Assembly (NCBI GenBank): GCA_050949525.1
Contig: JBMNFW010000001.1
Location: 65,078 to 129,077, forward strand
DNA: 64,000 nucleotides
Direction: 5' to 3'
Source: Patescibacteria group bacterium
GTDB taxonomy: Bacteria; Patescibacteriota; Patescibacteriia; Patescibacteriales; UBA12465
This document shows, in pieces, positions 10,701-18,960 of the stretch (positions within the stretch are counted from its first letter, which is position 1; the number at the start of each line of letters is the position of its first letter). The position numbers and the translations under genes are program-made. The notes below the pieces were generated by a model. The model had not been told where the DNA came from and made no database searches. It saw only the letters and a list, made by a program, of their open reading frames with translations.

Positions 10701-13700
10701 TTATGTTCTGGTTGTAAGTTATCGGATTCAGCTGGTATTTTTGATCGAGATAATGCTTGTAATTGTTTAGGAACTTATGGTAAATTTTGCGAGGTTAGTA
10801 ATATTTATCCTGAGGGAGCTTGCTTAGATTGTTCCGCTATTCAAAGTGAAATTAATTGTAAAGAGCATGGTAATTCTTGTTGTTGGGATAAGAAAAATGA
10901 ATCTTGTCGTGGTATAAAGTCTGATAGTATTCCTTGGGATGAAGAAGATGCTAATTGGGGTTATTGCCCTTATTATTCTTGTCGAGAGGATCAACCAAAT
11001 CTTTGTAATCTTTCTTCACCATCTAGTGATAGTAATGATAATTATCTCTATTCTTCTACTAGCTCTTGTGCCATAGCTTGTCAAAAAAATTGTAATAAGT
11101 ATTTAACTTTTGATCATTGTAAAAATACTGATAATTGTTGTTGGGATGAAGAATCTAATCTTTGTTTGGAGGGAGCTGCTTTTAGTGATGAGGCAAATCT
11201 AGGAAAGTGTAAATATTATCAATGTTCTAATCCTGGAAGTGATTCACCTTGTACAGTAACTGATCAATCTAGTGATGGTGATAATCCTAATTATTTAAAA
11301 GAAAATATTTGTACACTTCAATGTAAAAACCAATCTCTAGGTTTTGGTAATTATTGCGCTTCTATTACTCCTAATTATACTAATCTTAATCCAGTTTGTG
11401 ATTCTAACGTTTGTAATTTATTTTCTTGTTTAACTAGTGAAGGAGCGGTAGCTTCTAACTCTACTGATTGTGGAGTTTGTTGTTGTAATCCAAATAGCTC
11501 AAATGATCAATGTACACAGATTAGTAGCAGCTTAACTTGTTTACCAAATAAAGGTTTGTGTACTGGATCAAAACGTGGTTTATGTTGTGGTTGTAGTACT
11601 GATGCTAGCTGTGTTAATCCTGGTTTATCGCCTCTCTTTGTTGGTTGTGGTCTCGATACTTGTTGTCGAGCTCGACCTAAAATAGAAACAAATATTAATA
11701 AATTTGCTGAGCTGGATGTTTTGCCGGAGCATGAAGATCATAATGTTTGTCGAAATGCCATGATTGAAATAAATTTTGATCAAAGAATAGATATTAATAG
11801 TTTGAGTAATAATATATTATTATTAGAGGAAACCAGCGGTGCTTGTTCTCCCGGTACATATTTTATTGGTCAAAGTAATTTTAAAAAAGATACTATTTTA
11901 GCTCGAATTTTAAAACCTATTTTAAAAATTTTTAAGAAAGATGCTTTAGCTCAAATCGGGGGAATACCAATAGATCTGCCATTTTTACCGATATCTGTAT
12001 TGAATATGCCATCATCAGTTAAAAATTATTGCGCTGTTTTAGGTAGTGTTGATTTTGAGCATTTAAGTAATAATAAAACTCGAGTTTTCTTTAAACCCAA
12101 TAATCTTCTTAAGGCCGGAACTAAATATTTTGTCGTGGTAAAAGGAGATGTTAATTTAAATAGTCAAAGTGGAATTAAAAGTTTGCACGGAATTGGTATG
12201 AGAGGTTCTGGGTATTATAGAATTACTGCGCCTTCTACTTTTTCTGGTTGGAGATCTAATGTTTTATTTAATAATGTTCGATATCCAAATTCATATATCT
12301 GGAGATTTATTACTCAATCAGTAAATTCTCCAGGAGAAGGAATTTGTACAATTGATCATGTAGAAGTGTCTCCTGATTCTTATCTTTTTCAAACATTTGA
12401 AAATGATCTTAATGAGAATGATGAAGATTCTAACCATTCCTCTTTTGATTCTGTTAAAGATCGGGATAAAGTATATGTAGCCAAAGCTTATTCCTCTGAT
12501 CATCAAAGACTACAACCTACCACTGGATATAGTTGGACTTGGGATTGGAATATTGATAATCAAGATGTTTTAAATTTCTATGATGTATTAGGTGAGGAAA
12601 GTAGTATTACTGGTTTTAGTTTAGATGGTGATAAGCGATTAATTGGAGTTAAGGGTGGTGTAACTAATGGAGAAACTTGGGTTTCTGCTACTACCGTTTT
12701 GTCTTCTCCTTATACTACTGATGGAAATAATGTTTCTAAATCAGTTCCTGCTTATGTTATGAATTGTAAAAATCCTTGGCCAGCGTTTAATGGTGAGACT
12801 TGGTCTCCATGGAAAGACACTCCTCAAAGTGGTATAGCTGGATATAATCATGAATTTTATTATTGTCGGGATGCCGGTGAGGATGGTACCGCTGATGATT
12901 TACCAGCATTTTTAAGTGATTTAGCTATCGTTAAGGGTAATAGCTTAATTAAGGTTTGCAGTAATGCCCCTACTCAGATTTGTGAAAATAGTAATGATTG
13001 TTCTAATGGTGGAATATGTTTAAGTAGTTTTTTAAAGGAAATATATTTCTTTAAAGAAAGAATTCCTCATTTTATTAAAAATATTTCCGCTAGTGATAAT
13101 GGTATGGGGGGCAGTATAAAGCTTTCCTGGGAATCAGATAAAAGTTTAGTTCATCGGTATAAGATTTATTATAATCCAGTAGCTAGTAATAATAATCAAG
13201 AGAAAATAATAAATCCTGAAACTGAATGTACTGTAGGAGGTAGTAAATATACTTGTTCAATTGATATTAATAATTTAACTAATGGGCAACAATATGCTTT
13301 CCGAGTCACAGCTCTTAGTGAGAATCAGGCTGAGACTAATTTTTCTGCCACTGTTTTTGCCACTCCTACAGTTGGAGTCTTAGAGGCGGAGGGTCTCAAT
13401 ATACCAACTAATTTAGTTGCTCAGATTGAATCATATGATGAAAAAAAGGTTAAATTATCTTGGACTGCCCCAACTAATTATCAAGTAGCTAATTATAAAG
13501 TGTATCGCGGAACTTCTCAAGGTGTTTATGCTTCTTCTTTTTTAACTAATAGTACTGAAACTGAAATTATAGTTATTTTACCATCTGGATCTGGGACTAA
13601 GCATTATTTAGCAGTCAGTACTATTGGGGTTAATAGTGTAGAGAGTGATAAATCTAATATGGTGCTAGTTGATTTTGGCGCCTTACCATTATTACCATAA
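7728..13700 (+). CDS. giant (1990 aa) cysteine-rich extracellular protein with N-terminal VirB2/TrbC-like pilin hairpin, Cys-rich modules and two C-terminal fibronectin-III-like domains
   Basis: N-terminal signal/TM (LVFLIYFLLVSVFLLGKIALA). Then two hydrophobic helices, IAVKIINVSLSVLGIIAVIIVIYGGFVWMTA and GVIGLIIILAAWGIVTLVF, separated by the charged loop EGNEDKISKARGILKS; this is the topology of TrbC/VirB2-type pilins. ~1850 aa follow with about 115 Cys by manual count, in repeated 25-30 aa modules (e.g. CTPDNTDCNDGLVCNNNCICV, CSGGDVCTSNNPECGSSFFCDFEADCTC, CSDGNTCNDSSNTCNPHYGLSCDPDACICV). Ig-like stretches (ITGISPQGG...ITVYGYNF). Two FN3-like domains near the C-terminus (KLSWESD...YAFRVTALSEN; KLSWTAPTNYQVANYKVYRG). 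Confidence 0.85.
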   Translation: MISKKNKTRRLVFLIYFLLVSVFLLGKIALATSSPSVVDTTFGLDYVEGTNPEMSNEEGIKLGAKDPRTIAVKIINVSLSVLGIIAVIIVIYGGFVWMTAEGNEDKISKARGILKSGVIGLIIILAAWGIVTLVFNKLGVSTGVSTGDHSTSTNNNIVPPGGPGSNCGSYYGNQCTPDNTDCNDGLVCNNNCICVPDETGTPCSGGDVCTSNNPECGSSFFCDFEADCTCQLLGYSNLNEPCSDGNTCNDSSNTCNPHYGLSCDPDACICVGEPIITGISPQGGFCDNDINQACLNDTACDGGSCNISQANGALGNLITVYGYNFDHYDQDYSKVNLIKRDGEEEIIITAQVPSELNAACGNSWNNQQIVVAIPTSTALSVEDEIEIEVVTRLEKTDRSQDENGPLLESLLINNLERPGLCSVKKVGDDNTEGELEGQMNDELEYHGLNLINSKAYFGNSVSNILGLSPNNFSDNDIKGRARVPNLSTGKTSTFAKKEILPSNFMDFRKMAEAPQGPSISFFDPVEGSSGQYVTIYGSGFGSFKGMSAVYLVGDNQGSIEADYNFPPVCLQSVWSDDKILIKIPDNIDDGDYYLVLQIGTWNEIISSDTFKVSADIALGPSLCKISPSSGPHSTTLVNMWGEYFGTQARAVFSYQKFTDSVTPEIEGGADKIKVFVPAESISGPVKVERDNISGNSLNFLIGACLSDDDCSGSNTCCGANTVLAGSCVSDSNACNEGAPSNSLFKWSFDTGVADASPSFTGDEPYSCASYTYCPETPYVCPNSPGVCSKYLGGQSVLISGTCDDTCQSICPGSIYRSDLNRCVKDIGNCHLDKKIEYSLGEGLGTTTKIAVCKNYDINGTRKSFFEISVSTSCPNGWSMISPGRCVNVPNVYSEEYSYTCGACPSGLSCQNLYGNVELGICASGPLCSGDYSCINGQCQKEDLGDCQCCCDKDQNSTDADSYGNPACCTPLICDYKCGVSANEPTNNENYGLCSGCKLSDSAGIFDRDNACNCLGTYGKFCEVSNIYPEGACLDCSAIQSEINCKEHGNSCCWDKKNESCRGIKSDSIPWDEEDANWGYCPYYSCREDQPNLCNLSSPSSDSNDNYLYSSTSSCAIACQKNCNKYLTFDHCKNTDNCCWDEESNLCLEGAAFSDEANLGKCKYYQCSNPGSDSPCTVTDQSSDGDNPNYLKENICTLQCKNQSLGFGNYCASITPNYTNLNPVCDSNVCNLFSCLTSEGAVASNSTDCGVCCCNPNSSNDQCTQISSSLTCLPNKGLCTGSKRGLCCGCSTDASCVNPGLSPLFVGCGLDTCCRARPKIETNINKFAELDVLPEHEDHNVCRNAMIEINFDQRIDINSLSNNILLLEETSGACSPGTYFIGQSNFKKDTILARILKPILKIFKKDALAQIGGIPIDLPFLPISVLNMPSSVKNYCAVLGSVDFEHLSNNKTRVFFKPNNLLKAGTKYFVVVKGDVNLNSQSGIKSLHGIGMRGSGYYRITAPSTFSGWRSNVLFNNVRYPNSYIWRFITQSVNSPGEGICTIDHVEVSPDSYLFQTFENDLNENDEDSNHSSFDSVKDRDKVYVAKAYSSDHQRLQPTTGYSWTWDWNIDNQDVLNFYDVLGEESSITGFSLDGDKRLIGVKGGVTNGETWVSATTVLSSPYTTDGNNVSKSVPAYVMNCKNPWPAFNGETWSPWKDTPQSGIAGYNHEFYYCRDAGEDGTADDLPAFLSDLAIVKGNSLIKVCSNAPTQICENSNDCSNGGICLSSFLKEIYFFKERIPHFIKNISASDNGMGGSIKLSWESDKSLVHRYKIYYNPVASNNNQEKIINPETECTVGGSKYTCSIDINNLTNGQQYAFRVTALSENQAETNFSATVFATPTVGVLEAEGLNIPTNLVAQIESYDEKKVKLSWTAPTNYQVANYKVYRGTSQGVYASSFLTNSTETEIIVILPSGSGTKHYLAVSTIGVNSVESDKSNMVLVDFGALPLLP

Positions 13701-13734
13701 TTATTTTAGTGTATTAAAAATTAAAATAAAAAAA

Positions 13735-16700
13735 ATGAAGAAAAAAAATATTTTTATAAGAAGAGTTTTTTTAATAACTTTGTTTTTCGGTATTCTCTTT
13801 TTAATATCTACTCAAGTATCACGAGCTTTTTCTGGGGTGGGTAATTTGGGTAATCAGGAACAGGTTGCTTCTAATACAGGTAGTGGTAATTATCAGACTA
13901 ATCCCCCCATTCTTAGTTCTCAAGAATCTTTTCAATCGGGGGAATCTGACGCTATTGCGGTTAGAGTTATTCCTAATCCCAATCATCTCAGTGCTCAGAA
14001 ATGGTATAAATCTCAAGGATTTTCTGGTTCGCCCCAATCTTTGATAGTTGATGGTTATCAAGCAGTTCGAGATGGAAGAACAGTTTATGTTTCGGCTACT
14101 AATGTGGTGGGAAATAATATTTATACTAATATTTATTTAATTTCCTATGATCAAGAAGCTGATCATCAAACGGTAGATATTTTTGGTAAAATCTTAAGTA
14201 ATTGGAAATTTAATACTAATATTAATGCTAATGTTGGTTCTTGTGTTATTTCTAATCGAAGTTGTTACTCTGATAGTGATTGCTCTGAAGGTTATGTTTG
14301 TGGAAGTCTTGGTAATGCTCAAGCTAATAAATGTATTTTAAAAGAAGCTGATGAAGATTATACTAGTTTAGAAAGTTCTCCACGTTGTTTACTTGATTCT
14401 GATTGTCCAGGAAAATTATTTTGCACTAGTCTAAAATCCAGAATTATTAGAGACTTAGATCGTTTAGAAAAAATAATTCTTTTAAAAGAAAAGATTGAAC
14501 AGTATAATAATAAGAATGGGCGATATCCAACTTTATTATCCGGAACTTATTTACCTCATGTTGCTATTTCCACTTGGCCTTCTTGGCAAAGTTCTTTTTT
14601 AGGGCAAATTGGGGCTAGTGGAGTTGTTGATCCAATTAATAGTTTAGGATCTTGTGCTGATGAGAATAAAAAGTTTGATCTCAATACTTGTTGGCGAGAA
14701 GAAGGTAATTATTTTTTTACTCCTAATAATAATTATAATAATTTTACTTTGCCGCCATATAGCTATGTTATCGCTTATACTTCTAATCCTAATGGCACTA
14801 ATTATAATCTTTGTGCGGTAATGGAAACAGTTTTAGGTGGAGATAATTATACAATTTCTGGTGGACCCTTATCTGATTTAACTTGTTCTCTTGGTTCTGG
14901 TGTAGGAAATACTGGATTCGTTGGACATAATACTAATCAAGCTCCCTATGTTTCAGAATATATGTTAGAGGGAGAGGCCGGACAAGAATTTAATGGTTAT
15001 ATTAAAGCCATTGATCCTGAGGGGCATTCTATTACTTGGGGTACTAGTATCCATACAGCACCTATGTTAATAACTAATTTTAGTTCTTGGACACCAGCCA
15101 ATAAGCCTCAACTTATTAATACTAACAATCCATTACAAAAAAGATTATGGGCTGAAAAAGCTGGGTCTCCGGGGGTGTATAAAATTAAGGTTAATTTAGC
15201 TGATAATGTTGGTTCTTCTAGTTCTGAAGTTTTGAATATTGTTATTAATCCTTCTAATCCCCAGATAATAGCTGGTGATGTTAATTATGTTTTAGGTTCA
15301 GGTTCAATTCAGGGTGAGATGTTGATTAAGTCTAAAACTCCTCTATCCAATGGAGATGTTAAAATTTTTAGAAGCAATAATGAAAGTAATAAAGTTTCTT
15401 TAAATATTATAGAAAGTGGATCACCGCTTTTTTATATCCCCCCCTTTTTACCGCCCCTTGAAGGTGGATTACGGGCTAGTTTAACAAAATTATCTGATCA
15501 AGATTATTCTCTTAAAATTTTTGGAACATTAAATCATAATGTTTTTCCTGCCGGATCTTATCCCTATACCATTGAGGTTACTACTCCATATGGATCTAGT
15601 ACTAAACAGTTTTCTATTAATGTTGCAGCTGAGAATTTAGTTTTGGATTTAAGTAATTGTCCTACTATTGCTCCTCTTGGTTCATATTATGTGTGTCCAG
15701 TAAGTGTGTTTGGTTCCAATGATGGAGTTAATTTTTCTGTTGAATCAAGCTTACCTCGAGGACTTTCATATAATAGTTCGGAAAAGAAAATTAAAGGATA
15801 TATTTTAGATTCTTTAGATCAGTATCCTATCAATGTTTCAGCTCATAATAATTTTGGGGCTAATACTTCTAAAACATTTACTTTAAGTACTTTTAGTGAT
15901 TGTGAAAATAGTCTAGTTAAGCATGAAGGAGGTCCTTGGAATTCTTCAGGAAGTACCAGAAATAATGGAGGTTATTATAAGACAGTGTTGATTGGTGGAC
16001 AATGTTGGTTAAAGGAAAATTTAAATATTGGAACGATGCTTATGTTGGGTAGTGAGCCTCATAATAATACTACTATTGAAAAACATTGTTTTGATGATAA
16101 TGAAATTTATTGTCAGAAACTTGGTGGAGTATATCAATGGGATGAAGCAATGGATTATTTCCATAACAATACACTTCAAGGTATTTGTCCTAATGGTTGG
16201 AGAGTGCCCACAGATAATGATTGGTATGTTTTAGAAAATTATTTAAAAGATCCTGGACAAGGTTGTAATGCTAATAGAGTAATGGGGTCAGAAGAGTGTT
16301 ATTCAACTGGGTTTAAGATTACAAAGAATCAAAAGTGTTGTGCTAATAATGATGATAATAATTGTACTAATTGGCCAGGAAATAATTCCTCTGGTTTTTC
16401 GGCCGTTTGTGCTCCTAGTATGAGTAGTGCTTGGTGGGGTTTTGATAATTTAAATACTGAGTGGACTGGCTGGTTAACATCAAGTTTATATGATAATGAT
16501 AATGTGCTTACTAGACACGTGTTTCATAATAATGGCTTAATTCAACGACAAAAGAAACCTAGAAATAGTGGGTTTTATGCGGTTCGGTGTGTTAAGGATG
16601 TTAAAGAGTGTCACAATAATTCTGATTGCGCTTATTTAGGAGGTGGATATACATGTAATAGTTATAATCTCTGTTCTTCAAATGTTATTAGTGGTGGAAC

Positions 16701-17091
16701 AGTTTCACCTGTTATTGTCCCTGGTACTATACCAACTGGTTCTGATGATAATAATACTCCAGGTACTATAACACCACCAAATGCAAGTACTGAGTTAGAA
16801 GCAACCACTGATACTCCCATAGTTACACCAACTGGTTCTGATGATAATAATATTCCGGGTACTATAACACCACCAAATGTGAGTACTGAACTAGGGACAA
16901 CCATTAATAAACCTACTGGTTCCGGAGATAATGTTTCTCCTGATGATAGTACTATAGCTCCACCAAATATTCATACTGGAGCTGTTGGTATAATAGAGGG
17001 CGGTACTACTAACTCTGGTTCTGGTAGCAATACTTCTCCAGGGTTAAATACCGGAACATTATTTACTGGCGGAATGACAGGTAAGCCTTAG
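13735..17091 (+). CDS. large secreted Cys-containing protein with Fibrobacter-succinogenes-major-paralogous (FISUMP) domain and C-terminal Pro/Thr-rich tandem repeats
   Basis: Start placed at MKKKNIFIRRVFLITLFFGILFLISTQVSRA (signal peptide); tracked ORF begins 13669. FISUMP-like block GGYYKTVLIGGQCWLKENLNIG...CQKLGGVYQWDEAMDY...ICPNGWRVPTDNDWYVLENYL...GFYAVRCVKD. Tail of imperfect 28-32 aa repeats PTGSDDNNTPGTITPPNASTEL... Confidence 0.8.
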   Translation: MKKKNIFIRRVFLITLFFGILFLISTQVSRAFSGVGNLGNQEQVASNTGSGNYQTNPPILSSQESFQSGESDAIAVRVIPNPNHLSAQKWYKSQGFSGSPQSLIVDGYQAVRDGRTVYVSATNVVGNNIYTNIYLISYDQEADHQTVDIFGKILSNWKFNTNINANVGSCVISNRSCYSDSDCSEGYVCGSLGNAQANKCILKEADEDYTSLESSPRCLLDSDCPGKLFCTSLKSRIIRDLDRLEKIILLKEKIEQYNNKNGRYPTLLSGTYLPHVAISTWPSWQSSFLGQIGASGVVDPINSLGSCADENKKFDLNTCWREEGNYFFTPNNNYNNFTLPPYSYVIAYTSNPNGTNYNLCAVMETVLGGDNYTISGGPLSDLTCSLGSGVGNTGFVGHNTNQAPYVSEYMLEGEAGQEFNGYIKAIDPEGHSITWGTSIHTAPMLITNFSSWTPANKPQLINTNNPLQKRLWAEKAGSPGVYKIKVNLADNVGSSSSEVLNIVINPSNPQIIAGDVNYVLGSGSIQGEMLIKSKTPLSNGDVKIFRSNNESNKVSLNIIESGSPLFYIPPFLPPLEGGLRASLTKLSDQDYSLKIFGTLNHNVFPAGSYPYTIEVTTPYGSSTKQFSINVAAENLVLDLSNCPTIAPLGSYYVCPVSVFGSNDGVNFSVESSLPRGLSYNSSEKKIKGYILDSLDQYPINVSAHNNFGANTSKTFTLSTFSDCENSLVKHEGGPWNSSGSTRNNGGYYKTVLIGGQCWLKENLNIGTMLMLGSEPHNNTTIEKHCFDDNEIYCQKLGGVYQWDEAMDYFHNNTLQGICPNGWRVPTDNDWYVLENYLKDPGQGCNANRVMGSEECYSTGFKITKNQKCCANNDDNNCTNWPGNNSSGFSAVCAPSMSSAWWGFDNLNTEWTGWLTSSLYDNDNVLTRHVFHNNGLIQRQKKPRNSGFYAVRCVKDVKECHNNSDCAYLGGGYTCNSYNLCSSNVISGGTVSPVIVPGTIPTGSDDNNTPGTITPPNASTELEATTDTPIVTPTGSDDNNIPGTITPPNVSTELGTTINKPTGSGDNVSPDDSTIAPPNIHTGAVGIIEGGTTNSGSGSNTSPGLNTGTLFTGGMTGKP
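16732..17010 (+). repeat. in-frame imperfect tandem repeat (96-nt, 84-nt, then a degenerate unit) encoding a Pro/Thr/Gly-rich linker
   Basis: ccaactggttctgatgataataatactccaggtactataacaccaccaaatgcaagtactgag... recurs at 16828 with a few substitutions. A further degenerate copy is at 16912. This repeat explains the spurious antisense ORF 16662..16904. Confidence 0.7.
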
Positions 17092-17111
17092 TGGTTTTAT
17101 TAAATTATTTA

Positions 17112-17120
17112 TGTTATAAT
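17112..17120 (+). promoter_or_regulatory. extended -10 element (TGtTATAAT) upstream of the acidic membrane-protein gene pair
   Basis: atgTTATAAT at 17111-17120, ~35 nt upstream of the ATG at 17154. No clear -35. Confidence 0.4.
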
Positions 17121-17153
17121 TTATTAACAATATTAATACTTAATTAAAAATGT

Positions 17154-17927
17154 ATGTTTGAAGATTTACAAAACGATCCTAATAGCAAAGTTGATGATAT
17201 CTTTGCTGATTCTGATCGAGTGGAGGAGCCAAAACCAAGAGTAGCTCCTTCTAATATAGATAGGGGGCCGGCTCCTCAAGCTCCGGCAACTTTACCTGAT
17301 TTTGATGAAGATGATAGTAGTGGAAGATCTGGGAAAATAATCAAAAAATTCTTTTTAGTTATTGTTATTTTGTTAGTTATTTTTATTTTAGCTTATATTC
17401 TATATTCTAAAGTATTATTACCTCGAACTGTTAATCAAGGATCTGGTTTAGATAATAATATTCCTTTAATAGATAACGAGGTTAATATTCCGTCTAATGT
17501 TGTCGATGTGGATACTGATGAAGACGCATTAGATAGCTTAGTTCCAGTTATTGCCGATGAAGAAGATAGTCTTATAGCTACTAGTTCTGAGGAAAATATT
17601 TTAGAGGAGGAAGAAGTCGAAGAGGTTATAGCAGACAGTGATAATGATGGTTTAAGTGATGATGATGAGATTTATGTTTATGGTACCAATCCTTATATTA
17701 TTGATACTGATGGTGATGGTTTAAGTGATTTTGATGAAATAATGATATTTGGTACTGATCCTTTAAATCCTGATACCGATAATGATGGATTTTTAGATGG
17801 AGGTGAAGTTTTAGCTGGTTATAGTCCATTATCAGCTGAGCCTAAAAAGCTTGATTTAGATTCAATTTTAGATCAAGAGCTTTTTCAGGAAAAATATCCG
17901 GAATTATGGACTAAAATTACACAATAA
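17154..17927 (+). CDS. acidic single-pass membrane protein with thrombospondin-type-3-like (DxDxDG) calcium-binding repeats
   Basis: 257 aa; TM helix FFLVIVILLVIFILAYILY. Extracytoplasmic tail is very acidic, with three repeats DSDNDGLSDDDE / DTDGDGLSDFDE / DTDNDGFLDGGE, each preceded by GTNP/GTDPLNP. Confidence 0.7.
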   Translation: MFEDLQNDPNSKVDDIFADSDRVEEPKPRVAPSNIDRGPAPQAPATLPDFDEDDSSGRSGKIIKKFFLVIVILLVIFILAYILYSKVLLPRTVNQGSGLDNNIPLIDNEVNIPSNVVDVDTDEDALDSLVPVIADEEDSLIATSSEENILEEEEVEEVIADSDNDGLSDDDEIYVYGTNPYIIDTDGDGLSDFDEIMIFGTDPLNPDTDNDGFLDGGEVLAGYSPLSAEPKKLDLDSILDQELFQEKYPELWTKITQ

Positions 17928-17932
17928 TAATC

Positions 17933-18949
17933 ATGTTGAAGAGGAAAAAAACAAAAACTGAAGATACTAAGGCTAATGTTCCTGAGCCGGTTTTTAAGGT
18001 TCATCGAATGCCTAAGGGTTATAAAAGTGGTCGATTTGAGCCTTCGGCTTTTTCTAGTAATCCGAGCAAGGAAAAAAGTTCTGGTGGGTCTAATAAGAAG
18101 GTGGGATTACTTATTATTTCTCTAGGCTCAATAATTGTTGTTTTTCTAATTTATATAATTATTTCTTATCTTAGCCAACCTGATTTCTCTTTGGGTGGAA
18201 TTTTTAAATTTAAATCATCTAATACTGCAGTGAAACCATCTCCAGTAGTTTTGAATGAGAAAGAACCAGCTATTTCATTAATTAACGAAGAAGAGCCTGT
18301 TGTAATAGAAGAAGAGGAGGATTTAGAATTAGATTTAGATATCGAAGAGGATTTAATAATAGATGAAGAAAATAATATGGAGGAAGAAGTAGAGGTGAGT
18401 GTTTCTTTTTTAGATAGTGATGGTGATGGCTTGAGTGATCAGGAGGAAGTATTAATTGGTACTAATCCTTTAGAGTCTGACAGTGATGGTGATGGTTATG
18501 ATGATTTTACTGAAGTTTCTAATCTTTATAATCCCTTAGGTTCGGGATTATTAAAAGATAATCGCAATATTCAGGAGTTACAAGATGATAATTTGGTTTA
18601 CTCAGTTTTATATCCTTCCTCTTTAGAGCCTAGTATTTCTAATGATGGTCATAATACTCTTTTCTTTTTGGATGATAATTCTTTTATTCAAATATTATTA
18701 GAGGAAAATGAAGGGCAACAGAATATTGCCTCTTGGTATGGGTCTCGATTTTTTAGCTTTATTGATAACTCAGAAATAATAGAGAAAGATGCTTGGTCAG
18801 GATTTTATACTTCTGATGGTTCATCTTTTTATTTAGGTGATCATGATCGAAAATATGTATTTACTATATTGTATAATTTTCCGGAAAATCAAAATCCTTT
18901 ATATATGAATATTTTTAAGATGATGATTAATTCGTTTCAATTGAAATAA
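17933..18949 (+). CDS. paralogous acidic single-pass membrane protein with TSP3-like calcium-binding repeats and extra C-terminal domain
   Basis: 338 aa; TM helix VGLLIISLGSIIVVFLIYIIISYL. Acidic E/D-rich stretch, then DSDGDGLSDQEEVLIGTNPLESDSDGDGYDDFTEV. A ~160 aa C-terminal domain of unknown function. Same architecture as the preceding gene. Confidence 0.7.
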   Translation: MLKRKKTKTEDTKANVPEPVFKVHRMPKGYKSGRFEPSAFSSNPSKEKSSGGSNKKVGLLIISLGSIIVVFLIYIIISYLSQPDFSLGGIFKFKSSNTAVKPSPVVLNEKEPAISLINEEEPVVIEEEEDLELDLDIEEDLIIDEENNMEEEVEVSVSFLDSDGDGLSDQEEVLIGTNPLESDSDGDGYDDFTEVSNLYNPLGSGLLKDNRNIQELQDDNLVYSVLYPSSLEPSISNDGHNTLFFLDDNSFIQILLEENEGQQNIASWYGSRFFSFIDNSEIIEKDAWSGFYTSDGSSFYLGDHDRKYVFTILYNFPENQNPLYMNIFKMMINSFQLK

Positions 18950-18960
18950 GTTTAAGTAAC

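Noticed and set aside
13669-13734. Upstream extension of the 1140-aa ORF overlapping the end of the giant gene
   Set aside because: A better start is the Met that begins a canonical signal peptide (MKKKNIFIRRVFLITLFFGILFL) at 13735. The extension would overlap the preceding CDS.
16662-16904. 80-aa - strand ORF with repetitive sequence (and 16028..16234 +)
   Set aside because: Product of the tandem nucleotide repeat read in the opposite or wrong frame; lies inside the 1140-aa CDS.
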